A stretch of 63,859 nt of DNA, the filler included, from Collodictyon triciliatum (lineage: Eukaryota): assembly GCA_043381765.1 (NCBI GenBank). It is 5 parts of 5 records of this genome, joined end to end, with 100 filler letters (N's around TTAATTAATTAA, not from the genome) between each part and the next. Parts side by side here need not be neighbours in the genome. Positions count along the whole stretch, not along the records: positions 1 to 20,872 come from JBHJMP010000274.1; 4 more parts are not named here. The stretch is one strand, 5' to 3'. The translations under genes were made by a program, and so were the position numbers. Shown one piece after another: positions 1-13,513 of the stretch (its first letter is position 1; every line of letters begins with the position of its first letter). The notes under the pieces are model-generated. The model was given only the letters and a program-made list of their open reading frames with translations. It did not search any database and was not told the DNA's origin.

Positions 1-240
1 CCATAAAAAACCATAAAAAACCATAAAAAACCATAAAAAACCATAAAAAACCATAAAAAACCATAAAAAACCATAAAAAACCATAAAAAACCATAAAAAC
101 CATAAAAACCATAAAAAACCATAAAAAACCATAAAAAACCATAAAAAACCATAAAAAACCATAAAAAACCATAAAAAACCATAAAAACCAATAAAAAAAA
201 CCCAATAAAAATAATAAAAACCATAAAAAAACCATAAAAA
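1..240. repeat. (CCATAAAAAA)n tandem repeat
   Basis: Directly visible 10-nt unit, degenerating after about 190. Confidence 0.95.
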
Positions 241-719
241 ACATAGAGCATAAAGTACAAAGGACAAAACAAAATTCTAGTGTAGATTCAACGAAAATTT
301 TAAAAATGCTTATTCAACGTATACATGCCTTGAATAAAAATAGCCATATCATATTTATACTCATGAGAAATTACCCCTTATCATAAGATTTCGAACCATG
401 GCCGTTTGTTAAACTATTTCATTCCATTTTTAAACAAAAAAATTTACTAGATTATGAATTGAAACACAAAATCGAAAGTACAAAAAATAATGAATAAATA
501 CAGTGGATTTTTGTGAACCTAGGATAAAAGGGAGCAATTCAATAAATGGATTATCTCATTATTTGAATTCAATATACTTGTTAACAGGTTGTGAAATAAT
601 AGAGCGCACTTTACTCACAATTTGTACGGCTTAAGCTTGCACCCTTTTTATTTTTCAAAAAGAAAGGAAATAAATCTTTTTGATAACAAAATAAATTGAT
701 ACAGTTTACATTTTTCATA

Positions 720-2363
720 TCACTGAGATATGATATTTTCGTACATGCCCAACACACAAAATAACGAAAGAGTTAGCAAAAGATATGGATTGATAGGTCT
801 CCATTTTCCAAAATCGGTTCCTCTTATATAGCCAAGTTTAATATTGATAGAGAGTGAGGTAATGTCAGACACAATTTCGAATACTGATTGAATTATGATT
901 TGATACAAGCACTCCCTGTATGAGTATATCAGCTGAAACTTTGACTTTTCTATCAAGCGATGAATAAAATACATCAACAAAGGGGCGTGTATGATCGAGT
1001 AAATTTCTGATACAATATCATCGTATATGTATTTTGCTCGGAAAAGAATGGCTTCTTTAACATAATTATCCTCTTCCAATTGGAACATAATCATAGGATG
1101 AACATTCCTGTCGGTATCCTGGTCAGAGTGAGCATTCATATCTGGGGCTATAGGAACCAGTTTTCTTGTAGCAAATCGGTGCAGAAAACTGGAGTGTAGG
1201 TATGAAACAAACGACTGCAATCTGTAGACCAACCTTGATCGATAGTTGAATGTGATGGTTGAAAATATTTCGATCATAAAAGTCGCAAGGTTAACAAGGA
1301 TGAATTCGTAAGAGAGAGCGCTGTCTGTAGAAAGGTTCGATATCAAAACTCTCCCAAGGAATTGGATGTAATGATTGCATATTTTGTTTACAGTCAACCT
1401 CCTGTCCATCTCCTCCTTTGATAGGCTGAATATTACCTTCATTTGAATCCATTTTGACAGGTTGAAGCAGATTGGGAAGATAAAGAACCGAAAGAAAAGC
1501 TGCATTAGGAGAGAAGATACAAGGTAAAGTTTCAAAACATTGATCAGTAACAAGTTGATCAACGCAAAGAAAGCTACCAGACCCTTGAACAAAGCAGAAA
1601 CTGAGCCATCTTTTGTAAGCTTGTAATAACTCTCTTCTACATCAGACATATGTTCCGGCTTCCTTGACTTGTGTACTATGTAAAGTCCAAGCATAATGAA
1701 AAAAAACTGCAGACAAACACCAATATTTAATTTTATCATATTGTAAGAACTAAATGAGAAGTTGATGATATTGTCGATCAGGTAACCAGGGAAAAGGCAC
1801 CATGTTAAGGTGTTTGTTGAAAACTGAAGACTGAATATTTCCACTGCAGTGAATCCAATCGACATCCAGAAGGAGAGAGTTCTAAACAAGACTCGAGTCT
1901 TTTCATACATAATATCCTGAATACCATCAAGTATTCTTTGAGATAAGATAATTGCTGGGAGGTAGTAGAAAGTCATGAAAACTATGTTTGCTGAAAGAAC
2001 AGGCAGTATTTTAAGAATGACTTTGCACCAAATGGTAAACCCTCCCTTGAATGATTGCTTCCACGTTATTTGATCTCTTCCATCATCAGCCTTTGTGTCT
2101 TGCAATTGGATCTCCTTTGGCGATGCCTTATCAGCACCATATCCAGCCCCACCTTCATCTTCTCTCTCTACTTGAACTTCCCTTTCCCTTTCCCTTTCCT
2201 TTTCAGCAAACTTTTGCACTGTGGTTGTTTGGCCAATGGCCTCGTTTTCTAATGTCTCTTCAAGATCAACGCCACTGTAGTAGTATATACTCTGATTTTT
2301 GTCCCTCTCCAACTCCTTTGGCCGCTCCGAGGGCTCGGAAAACACGCTGCTGGGTTCGTTCAT
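720..2363 (-). CDS. Intronless polytopic membrane protein of unknown family (paralog A)
   Basis: 547-aa open ORF with an acidic N-terminus and roughly 10-11 hydrophobic segments. Colinear similarity to 18719-20242 (YYKLTKDGSVSALFKGL vs YYILTKDGSVSALVKGL; CNHYIQFLGRVL vs CNHYIQLLGRVL). Confidence 0.85.
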   Translation of the reverse strand: MNEPSSVFSEPSERPKELERDKNQSIYYYSGVDLEETLENEAIGQTTTVQKFAEKEREREREVQVEREDEGGAGYGADKASPKEIQLQDTKADDGRDQITWKQSFKGGFTIWCKVILKILPVLSANIVFMTFYYLPAIILSQRILDGIQDIMYEKTRVLFRTLSFWMSIGFTAVEIFSLQFSTNTLTWCLFPGYLIDNIINFSFSSYNMIKLNIGVCLQFFFIMLGLYIVHKSRKPEHMSDVEESYYKLTKDGSVSALFKGLVAFFALINLLLINVLKLYLVSSLLMQLFFRFFIFPICFNLSKWIQMKVIFSLSKEEMDRRLTVNKICNHYIQFLGRVLISNLSTDSALSYEFILVNLATFMIEIFSTITFNYRSRLVYRLQSFVSYLHSSFLHRFATRKLVPIAPDMNAHSDQDTDRNVHPMIMFQLEEDNYVKEAILFRAKYIYDDIVSEIYSIIHAPLLMYFIHRLIEKSKFQLIYSYRECLYQIIIQSVFEIVSDITSLSINIKLGYIRGTDFGKWRPINPYLLLTLSLFCVLGMYENIISQ

Positions 2364-3499
2364 TCCACTTTGCTATTGGGAAGAGCCAATAATAAGAGCT
2401 TGGAAAGCATAGAAGGAATAGTTAGATCTGAAAAGAAAAAAAAAGATAATGATTCAGAGCCAATCACGAAGGCTCAGCATAGGGAGCGAGTGTAGTACGG
2501 CTGCATGCATATGTTAAAGCTGTATCGATCAGCCCCCTTCGACCAGTCTCTTACTTTTTTTTCTTTTCTTCAATTGATTTTCAACCAGACGAGTTTCCTT
2601 TCGCTGGAGACTCCGCAGCGGACTATGACGATTTCGGGCAGCTTAGATGTCAAATTTGGCCGATTTACTGCGTATTCTCTGGGCAGCCAGAAGGCTCTGC
2701 TCGATGCAACTGAGTGTATGCACAGATGTCCACATATTGCCAGGGCAGTTTTGCCACCCTCGGCTTTGCCTGCTCGATGGAACTGAGCGCAGTCACCCGA
2801 TGGAAAAGAGGTGGCTATGTGTGGTGGAGGTTACATTTTCCCCAGAGTTGACTCATCGATTGTTGCTTCACGCGCGAGTGTGCTCGTAACCATCTAGGGA
2901 AAGCAATCTGTTGCTTAAAACGAAGGGTGCGGGTATGGTGGATTGGAAGATATTATGGGATGCATTTGTCCGCAGAGCGTTGGAATTCTTTATCAGACAG
3001 ACAGAGCAGGTGGCGTACGTGCAACCCTCTTCTCTTTTCTTAACAATATAAGTGCTGTGGATTAAGGTTTAGAAGTGACGTTCGAAATAATTTACATGCC
3101 CAAAGTCTTAACTGTGTGAAGGAATAATTCAACGTATGCGGCAGTAGGGGGTTTCTTGTCGCTTTCCTGTGAGGTTCACTCGCCAGATGAAAGAGTAATG
3201 AATATTGTGAGTGTTTAGCCTTCAAATATGGTTTCCAAGCATTTATATGTAAAAAAATTTTTCTGAATCGGTTATCGAAAAAACCGAGAGGTGTTAAACC
3301 CCTTCCCTTTCGTAAAAATTTAAAATAAAAAATAAAACAGATTGTTACGACGAGAGCAGTGAGAATGCATCCAAGGTTATGATAGTTAATACATCAGTGA
3401 TGCTTTATAGGCAATATTATTTCTTCATCAACAAGTCGTAAGGTTCAGTTGACTTTTTTTTTTTTTTGTTAAAAAAGGAGGAGGGAAATTCATTGAAAC

Positions 3500-6031
3500 T
3501 CATTGGTAATTCAGGCTGTTATCATGTTCATCCAGTGTTATGGGCAGTTCAGAATCAGCAAAGTCGTTTCCGGTGAGGTTATCCATGCAAAGGCGAGAAA
3601 TAACCTGCCATTCAATTCATAAATGTGGCCATGAGAAAAGAATGTAATCCCAAATTCATTATCATAATGACAGGCAAGATATTGACAACTTTTTGGGTAT
3701 CTTTAGTTAATTGGAAAAAAAATGAATGAATATCAATAGGTAATTATGTCTGCGGTGTGTGGGGAATGATAAAGCCTGGAGTTCAGATAGTTAAAACCTC
3801 ATTCACAAGGCGAGTGTCCTGTAAAGAGGTTGCACCCAGAGCGCCCACAGGATTTCGGGAGATGTTGAGAGAAACGAGTGTGCGGTTTCCCTTGCGATAC
3901 CAACGACCTTCAAAGCATTCATTTGCGTCCATGTCTATTTCTTTGGAAGGCTCATCCTTTTCAGACTATGAGAGAAAATAAATATAGAGATGGTTGAGCA
4001 CTGGCTGACATGATTATAGATTGTAATATTTATTACAAATGTAGGATATTCTTTTCCCAGGCAAAATGCTTATGTAAAATTGAGTAAATAGAAGCAACAC
4101 CACACACATGGTGTCATTACAACAACCTTCTTGGCTGGTTTCTTCTGATTCTTCTTGGGATCTTTTTCAGTAGGCTTCTTTTTGCTGCGAGCCAACTCTG
4201 CATCCATCTCTGTCTTCTTTCTGGTGAGTTGTTCACACATCTCTTCAGATAGAGCGATTCTGGAGAGTGATTCAGCCAATGAGCGAGCGCCGGTCGATGT
4301 GATTACGTTCTCTGACAGATTTAGACTTAGGAGACTTTTATTGGCGACCAATCCCTCAGCCAAAGCGGATGCACCAACATCTCCGATTTGGTTATGGTAA
4401 AGGGATAGCGATAATAAGCTTGCATTTATTTTCAGAACATCACCAAACCTATTTCATGATAATTATAAGTTAAAAAGGAGAAGAAATTAAGAAAAGAAAA
4501 GAAAAGAAAAAAGAAAAGATAAGAAAAGAGAAAATGAAAAAAAGAAGAAAAGAGAAAAAGAGAAAAAAAAAGAGAAAAAAAGAGAAAAAAAGAGAAAAAA
4601 AGAGAAAAAAAGAGAAAAAAAGAGAAAAAAAGAGAAAAAAAGAGAAAAAAAAAGAGAAAAAAGAGAAAAGAGAGAAAAAAAGAGAAAAGAGGAAATAACA
4701 TCATTAATGAAAGCGAAAACAATTGGTAATGTGGTACCGAATTGCATGGTCATCCGTAAGTTTGTTTGCCCTCAAGGAGAGAGTTTTCAATCTGCATGAA
4801 GAGGACGAGAGATAGGGGGTGATATAATCAGTCACATTCGCTGAATCGTTCCAATCGATGGCCAAGGAATAAAGCGAGCTGCATACACCAGCAGCAAGTA
4901 CAACATGATTGAGACTGTCGTCTGTGAGAAAGTTTCGGAAGAGACTATCCCAATAATCTCAAAGTTAGTTAATGCGAACATTCAATCAACATATATTTTA
5001 TAGAATAATGGATTCAAATCATGTTAGTTTATCAATGAGAAAAAAATTCACCTAATTTTGGTGATTTGGTTGTTGTGCTTCAATGTGTGAGCAAGTGCAA
5101 ACGATGTTGCACGGTCAAGTTTGAAGCCACGTATGCAAAGTTCGGTCATATGGTCCTTACCAGCTGCCTGTCCGCTGTCGTCCACCTTTCATAGAGATCA
5201 TTTGTGACACGATAAAGATGCGTCATTTTTTCGCCATAATATAAAATCAAAAAAAGCCGAGTTTCTACAATGAACCCCGTATAAATTTGCATATCTACTT
5301 CATGACACACAAATCATTAATTACAATGGCATGCAAGCGTCATTGGCAAGTAATTTTCCCAAGTAGATAAGAACATAAATTACATACCACTTCGGCAACA
5401 GCTTGCTTTTCACGCCGTTGTGACAAGCTGCGCAGAATTGCCGGGTGCAAAGGGATTCCAAGAAGACCGCATACAGTCTCATAATCACACTTAAAATCGC
5501 CAGAGATGTTGTGCGTAAAATCTGTCGTTAAATTAATTCATCAAAGAGCAACCGTTTTTTTTTTTTCGTCTTCATTTGTATCGAAACATAATTCAACTTA
5601 TTGATTGGCTGCCCCATATCTTTAAAGAATAATTTCGGCCATACTAAAATCTTTAACATGCATTATTCGAACATATCGCACAGCTTTAATATTTCAGGAC
5701 GAATGAAAGATGTTTTCATATCAACTCCTACCGAAACTGTGCGCTTTTTCAGGTAAGAAGTCAGAGCCTAGTGATTATGTTTTCACATTATTTTCATACA
5801 GTTACCTCAAGTTTTTTTGACGGTTTTCGATTGATAATATTCAATCACACTCCATAGTAACCCCTGCTTGTCCTCAAGTCCAGTTCCCCACAAAATAGCA
5901 GAATAGCAGAATAGCAGAATACCAAAATACCAGAATACCAAAATAACAAATTAACAAAATAGCACCAGAACATCAGATAATTAACAGATATTTAGGAAGG
6001 CTTGGACATGTATTTAAACAAGAAAAGAAAG

Positions 6032-6126
<95 letters not shown>

Positions 6127-6310
6127 TAAAAATAAAAATAAAAATAATAATAATAATAATAATAATTGAAGAGCAAACCGCGAGAATAAATAAGAAACCT
6201 TTCCACTCAGGCAGCTCATGAGGAGGAATCACGATCGGCTGCAGTGAAGACTCGTGGTGTTGTGGAGGAAGACTGGTATTCCCGCGTTTCATCAGATGCG
6301 TCGTTGTCAT
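3500..6310 (-). CDS. Multi-exon RNI-like leucine-rich repeat protein, LRRC71-like
   Basis: Spliced exons give LKTLSLRANKLTDD, LLSLSLYHNQIGDVGA, LLSLNLSENVITSTGA, a Lys-rich insert, then GNRTLVSLNISRNPV. Stop at 3500-3502. The 5' exon and start are uncertain, and LRRC71 likeness is from recalled architecture. Confidence 0.7.
4551..4690. repeat. Intronic (AGAGAAAAAA)n microsatellite
   Basis: Visible tandem unit inside an intron of the LRR gene. Confidence 0.9.
6032..6165. repeat. Compound (AAC)n/(AAT)n/(AAAAAT)n microsatellite
   Basis: Visible; lies in the predicted first intron of the LRR gene. Confidence 0.9.
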
Positions 6311-6648
6311 TCTTTAAAACTGCAAAAGAAGCAACGCTCATGCGATCAAATGAAGGAGCGTCGCACAATCTCTTACAAGGCTTCGGATCGAGCTTCATGC
6401 TTTGGTGGTTTCCTTTCGGCTGTGGGGATTTGAACGGGCTCTGCTAATTGCCACATTTGTGCAACGGTTCCCCACATGTTAGATACGGTATGCAGAATTC
6501 GGTGATATATATCCGGTGACGAGCCTTGGCTTTCGCGTCCAACAAGAGACAGGGAAAAAGACAGACAGACAAGAAAAAGCATTTAAATAGGGGCACGAAA
6601 CCTTTACTGACTTTACAAGGTTTGGGGAAGCCACCCAAAGACGGGCAG

Positions 6649-9600
6649 TTATTTTCGAGGAGGAACAGAAAGCAGGACGGATGAAGAGTGTGTGACAGAC
6701 AAGTTAGGAGTGAGTGTGGCTGATGTGGTTGACTCTCGACTTAGCCCGGCTTCCATCCGGTTTGTCGCTTTGATGGCTTTCTCCATGATATCAAAGAGGT
6801 CGTCTTTGTTCCACTACAGCGCAACATTGGCAAGGATGTTGATGAGAATGGTATGTATATAAAGCATCAAAAAAAAAAAAAAAAAGCGGCGCAAAACGCG
6901 ATTCCGTTTTCTCTCCAAATTTTCATCGTGCCTCTCATAAATGATCGCAATACTATGTGACTGAATATTTGCTTTCTGCATCTTTTCTGTGTCGTTTCCC
7001 CCTTGGAATAATATGGTATTGGCTTACAAGGACGAAAAAATGTGGGAGCAAAATCCCAATCAGCCGACTGCGGTAACGAGGCATCGTTGATGAACCAGAA
7101 GAGGCTGAATCTCGGCCCTTCTCGGGCTGCGGCATGTTCTGGTATGTAATAGTGAGCAGAACTTTACACAGATAAACACAGAATCGCCCTTTCATTAATT
7201 GTTTTCAAACAAAAGTATGTATACATGATATGTAGTTGATATCACTGTAAACCCGTTTCCTTGATGCGTCGGCTGCTTGGAAAATCTGCACTATCGCTGA
7301 ACGGTGCTCGGAAAGCCTCGTCTTCAAGTTTTGTCGGATGAAATCTGAGCGGATTTCCCTGTTCACGAGACAATATGAATGTTTTTAAAACAAACAAACA
7401 AACAAACAAACAAACAAACAAACAAACAAACAAACAAACAAACAAACAAACAAACAAACAAACAAACAAACAAACAAACAAACAAGTGAATAAATGAATG
7501 AATGAACAAATAAATATATAACTACATAGAAAATTTTATCAAATACTAAGTAAATGCCGAATTAGTCTTTCATTTCACAGGCAATATCGACACTCAATCA
7601 CAAGACAAATGATTAAATATTACAATTATATAAAAATGAACAAAAGTTTTGATTGCTGGAGTGTTCAAATAGAGTACAATTCAACACTATTGAGAGTAGG
7701 AGAAACCGTTATCAAAACAAAAAGAAAAAAAAAGAAAAAGGGAGAAGTCATTATTACGGAGGAATTTTAACGTAGGTCTTTTTCGCCCTTTCAATGTTTT
7801 CTTTGACAATCTCTTGGAATGGGATATACTGGCCAGCTGCTTGTAATTCTGCGATTCTTCACATTTGCATAATTTTTTTTTATCAGTTAAAATGTACAAA
7901 TACATCCGAAACACATGAAATTTATATATATATATATATATATTATTTGGATCCAAGACTGACTCTTAAAGATACTATAATCAATCAGTTTTTTTTTTTT
8001 ATGTATAGCGCGCTACTTCGTACCTTTTCTTTTGAGATGGAGTGAGTTGCGCTAGATTCTTTTTCGACATGATTTCTCGTCGCCGTTCGTCCTCGTGCTT
8101 TTTCCACTGAAGCTCTAGTAACTATTAATGCTCATGTTGAGCACTGTGTAAAGTCATAACTCATTCGAAATAGAACGTAGAAATTGCGATTCAGTAAGAG
8201 AAAAAAAAAGTAAGTTAGCTGTACCATAATCCGCGCTTCATGTATTTCCAGCATTGATCTCCACCACCGCTGAATGCGAATGACTAATGATTGAAGAATG
8301 ATCATTTTAGTAGACACTCGAATTAAAAATAAGATACTTAAAATTGTGATGCATTTAAGGCAATCAATTCGGAAAATGCAAATATAAATGGTAAATTTCT
8401 GATTGATTTTCTGCATATCCCATCCACGAAGAAATAGATAAGAAATAAATGAAAATACAAACCTGAATATCTGAAATTCTTGATCAAAGTGATTGTTTTT
8501 GCCTGAGAAAAGCAATCTTTAAGGAAGGTGATGACCATATTAATTGCTTTAGATTTCTTCCTCCGTATTTTACCGTGTGCGACATGATATTTCCATCTAT
8601 CATCCATATAAAAATAATTGGTACAGTGTCATTCTATATGATGTTCGCTGATGTAAAGTGATTTGGTACATAAAAACGATGAATATATGTCCATCTTTAG
8701 ACATGCTTTTCTCGGATGAATGACATACTTTTTCATAGCAAACATAGACAAATCATATTGGCGGTATTGCGTAGTAAACCGGAATCTGTATCTTACAGAT
8801 GCATACCGAACACGGTACCAGCATTGTAAAAACTTTGCGCACTCTGTTTGGAGCTGTGCTTGTGATGCAAGATACATCTTGTTTCTGTAAGCCTAGCGAC
8901 ATTTTACTTAATAGAAGGAAATAATAGTAGGAGAAGAGGGCAAAATTAAGTTTCAAGAGAAACTCATGCGAATAAATTTTCAAATCACTTACATTAAGGC
9001 CACCCAGCATTTTAGTTTGTGAATATACTGTGTGCATTGCCGTAATCCACAATTTTTGCATATTATTTCTGTGCAGTTTCGTCTTTGCCTGAAGATAAAA
9101 AAAAAGGGTTAGATTATCTGCTTTAATTTTGATCGAAGAAATCTAGTATATGTTCTCTATTACATGCGCATGTTTCTGCAATACTCACTGCCCCCTCTTC
9201 ATCGCGTTTACGTTGTTCAATCATAAATAATCGATGTTGTTCCCTTCTATCCAATGTATGAACCCGCTTAAATGCAGTTTCTTGATCCATTATCTTTTTT
9301 CTCTCCAAAATTGCAACTTCACGTTCCTTTGTCCTTTGCATCTGAAAGTAAAGGGATAACTTTTAATATGATTGACTTCTTAATTGTTACATGGCATTAT
9401 GATCCATAGTTTAATTATTGCATTATTTGCTATTTTTTTTATCGCGTCGATGTGGAATTGGGTGAATACTTTTTCAAGAACAGCCTGTTGGTATTTTGTC
9501 GATTGGATATCTGAAATCAACTGCCTGTTCTTTTGCTCAATATCCTTGTAATTTTTTCTTTGCCCTCTACGTGGTTCTTTACTTACTCCGACACAACGCT

Positions 9601-11065
9601 CAGCTATGAAAGTAGAAAAATTATGTGAAAATAAAAAAGATAGAACAAAAGCCAAAATCTAGTTCCTAATCAAATAAATTCTCTTAAAGAAAACATTCCG
9701 ACTGTCACGTTCCAAAGTTATAGATACTATTGATTATTTTCATTATGAAAGGATAGGGTAAAAAAAATTCATTCTCATCATCATTATCATGATAATAATG
9801 ATAATAGGACTTATAAAGAGGGGAAGAAAAATGAAAATAAGAATGTTAATAATAATGAACCATTTTTATATGAATTTTTAAAATGGTGAATTGAAAAGGG
9901 TTTCTTTGGGAAGGAATCTATGATGCAAACCCATGAGAGCAGAGAAATGGTCCCAATCTTTATGGTTCAGAATTTGGATTCTCCTATCATAAGGCGCGTG
10001 AAGAAACGACCTCAAAAACCGAATAGTTGAGTTTCTTGTACTTCCACTTCGCTGATTGAACTCTATTCACGTTGATTACCATCAATTATAAATCTAGAAC
10101 CCCCAGTCAACCTTCTAGAACTCAAGCGATGTATTAATATTTTCTGCCAAAAATAAAAATAAAAATAAAAATAGGCACTTAGTGATTTTTTATACAAACA
10201 TATGCCTTTTTTTTTTTTAAGAAAGAAATTGAACGGACATAATGAAATTATAGAGATTTAATGGCTTTGATCTTGCGTCAAAGGTTCGTTCACACGTATA
10301 CAAAGTACCTTCGTTTGCCCCTGAAGTCGCCAGATTCACAGGAGCACTCGATGTGGCATTACCTGCGATGTTCGGAGAAGAATCAGACGTGCTGACTAAC
10401 GCTGCAGCTGCTGCAGCTGCCACCGAAGAAAACCCGGCAGATACGCTGCGGCCATTTGCAGCAGCATAAGTATGCGACTCTAGAAGATGCACCAGCTGGC
10501 GGAAGATATCATCAAACTCCTTGTTGATTTCATCTTCGACGCCAGATACAAGACCGCCAGCTGAGTCGCCAAATTGGCGCTTTGGGTGGTGGAATGTGCG
10601 CTGCTTGGCCCTTTCTCGCAGAGTCTCCAAACGCTGCACGGCATCGAGGATTTCCTGGGCGCGGAGATTGTGCGAGCGGGTGATATCACTGATAGACTCG
10701 AAAGGCGAGGCACTGCGCGATGCAACGCTGCTTGAATTCAAAGAGACTGTTTGGCTGCGCGGCATTGTGTATGCGCTGTGGCTCGAGTGCGGGCGGGCAG
10801 GCAGAAGGCTGTGCAGGTCATCCATTGTTCCTGCGGGCTGTGCAGATTGCGGCCGGAGAGGAGTGCTGCTTCGTGCGAGGCTGGGCTGTTTGCGCAGCGG
10901 TTTGCTTTCTGTGGACGGGAAGAAGCCACCTGGTGGGGTAGAGGGGGCGTGAGTGTGGGCTTTCTGCGTCCCTGATCCTTTGTCTGCAGCCAAGGAGACG
11001 TATTGGGTGGCGCATATCATCTTCGTAAAGTTGTATTTATATGGTTTTGTTCTTTGAGAAGCCAT
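6649..11065 (-). CDS. Multi-exon IQ-motif / coiled-coil protein of unknown function
   Basis: Exon 1 (11065-10308) splices in frame through about 12 GT-AG introns. IQ-like motifs AKFLQCWYR and VIRIQRWWRSML, plus charged helical segments. Last exon WNKDDLFDIMEKAIK ends at TAA 6649-6651. Confidence 0.65.
7388..7484. repeat. Intronic (AAAC)n microsatellite
   Basis: Visible tandem 4-mer. Confidence 0.95.
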
Positions 11066-11104
11066 GTTTACTTATATGCTTGTTCCTTTTTGTTTCTCTC
11101 TTCT

Positions 11105-11147
<43 letters not shown>

Positions 11148-11980
11148 AAATATGCTTTGTAGCATCACGTTATGCAAGGGTATGTGGTATTTTGGCCGTG
11201 ATTAGAAATCTCTTAAACAAACTAAGGGACTACAATATATTTTATTCTTTTTCCCTCTATCTTATTATCAAAATCAGCGATGAATAAAGGACGGAATACC
11301 GATTTGCGGGTCGGGAATGGGACTTGAGGGGCGCGTCGCTCGAAGATTGGACACTGCAGAGACACTGGGAAGAGACGAGCGACTTGCTTCCTTGGAGTTC
11401 ATCATGTGCTTGGGCTATTCACTTTCTGAGGCCAGTGCTGTTTGTCTAGCCTTTGCTCGATCTTCTTTGACGCTTTTTTTCTGATTGTTTGGCATCAGCG
11501 GCAAGACCTGGGTTCTATTTCTGCTAAATGATATCACAAATGTAATAATGACATCTTGCTTCAACGACTATTCAAATGTGGAATATACAGTCAATCAGTT
11601 TTGTTTGCCTTGAGCAGACGTTATTTCACGCTATTATGATGCACTTCTTACTCCAATTATGTGTGGATAATGCCTTAAATTGCTTCATAACAAAACAAAC
11701 GGTTGGCTCACTAAACTCTTATGTAGCATGCATTCTCCGCAGATCGCCTCATTCATCTTCCTTTATTTCTCTTTTCTATAATTCCTTTATGGTGTTTGTA
11801 AGGGGAGTGAGAGAGGAGAACAAAACAATAAATGTACGGTGGCAGGAATCATCAGCCGCAAAGAAGAACAGAGAAAAGAAGCAACGTGGGAAAAAACGAG
11901 CTGGGCTTTTCATCCGTTCAGCGAAGAGAAAATATAGCAGACAAAATAAAATAATGAAGCTCAGCAGAAAGCGCCGGGCA

Positions 11981-13039
11981 TCACGGCCGATTTCCATACT
12001 TCTTGCAGAGGTACATCTGCGCCAACGGATCCTTCTCTGCATGGATCAAAAATATCATTACGTCCTGTTCCTTTCCATCGAGTTGTTTAGATATAAAACT
12101 GCTATAATTGAAAAAAACAAAAACAAAAACAAAAAACAACTGCACTATGAAAGGCCTATAACTCAAGAATATTCAAAACCTATCAAGTCGACAGAGAACT
12201 GCGCCAAGACATCCAACTTCTCCCTCGCCCGCACAGTCAGAAGCACCTCAGCATTCACCGAAAAAGCCGCCTTCGAATCATCTACGAAGCAAAAGGAACA
12301 GTCAAAGAGTGAGACAAGCGCAAAAGGGCGATGAATCTTAGAAACGCAGAAACAAACCGGGCAAAGGGAACTGCTCGTCCTTCCTCTTCTTTCTCAAAGC
12401 CGCCTGTGACTCTGCATCACAAAGCAGGCTTTTTGGCGCCGACAATGGTCGCTTCCCAAGGGCTGCATTCTGCTTGGGCCGCTTCGTCTGCTTATTTACA
12501 GATGGCTGCACAGACACGATCGAGTATTTGAGCGGCCGACGAGGCGGCTGCGGTTGCGGCTGGATGAAAAATGTGTGGAAGGCAGCAGAAACGGCGGCGC
12601 TTTGCGAGCTGCTGATTTGTGGAGGGGTCTTTGCCGAGTGGCCGGGCATAGAGACAGAGACCGACAAGTTGTGTTTGTGCTTTGCAAAGGCGGGTTGGGT
12701 TGCGCACAGTGGAAAGGACTTGGCATTGGGCAGCAGCATGGACATCGGGGTTGGGGAAGGTGCAGAGTTTGAAGAGTTTGAGTTTGAGGAATTGGACGAG
12801 TTTGAGTGTGTCGAGAGTGTGTGGAAGTGTTTGCCCGCAGAGAAGCCTGAGGGGCATGATCGGTTAGATTCCGGGGCTGAGAAAGGCCGGCGGCTACTCT
12901 TTTCTTTGCCTGTTTGCTTCTTTTGCCAATAAGGTGTGGTTATGTTTGTGTGTGGGGAAAGTGCTTCATTACCTGGTTCGCAGAAGGGTGACGGGTAGGC
13001 AAACTGGCCCATGAGTTGCGCGATAGAAGGGAGGTTCAT
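11981..13039 (-). CDS. Ser/Pro-rich low-complexity hypothetical protein (long first exon plus probable short 3' exons)
   Basis: GC-richer open frame from MNLPSIAQL (ATG 13039) to a GT donor near 12358. Downstream splicing is ambiguous and no family was recognised. Confidence 0.45.
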
Positions 13040-13513
13040 CGTGTCTGCGTCTGCCTGGTTGCTTTTGGGGCTGGCTGTTTGGCGATGATGATTTGTTGAT
13101 TTTATTTCAATTAATGATGTGGATGATTTGGTGAGACAGAAAAGCATTAGAAAAGCAAACGCAAATCATTGTGAATGTATGCTGGGAAAGCACTTCGATG
13201 TTTATGTCCCTGTTTCTTTTTTGTCTTGGCTCTGGCTGAATGCAATCATAAAGGGTGAATCGCATTCCTAATTCGCTATACCAGGTGGCGAATTAGGCGA
13301 GGCTACTTCCGCATTTGGGGTTGTTGCTTGGGTGTGTCAATACCGTATTTGGCAGGTCGCTCCGGTGGAAGGGGACGCGCAAAGGGCGGAAGGGCGTGCG
13401 TCTTTGGGTGCTTGGGTGCTTAGAGATGGTTTATTTGGGGGGAAATCTTTGTGTTTTCTGTGTTGTGGTGATGCGCTGCTTGGTGTGATGACGGTGCTGT
13501 GCCGCAGCTCGTT

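Noticed and set aside
1-240. Telomere-like array (TTTTTTATGG on minus)
   Set aside because: It lacks a GGG tract and resembles the many other A-rich microsatellites at which this assembly breaks; there is no evidence of a chromosome end.
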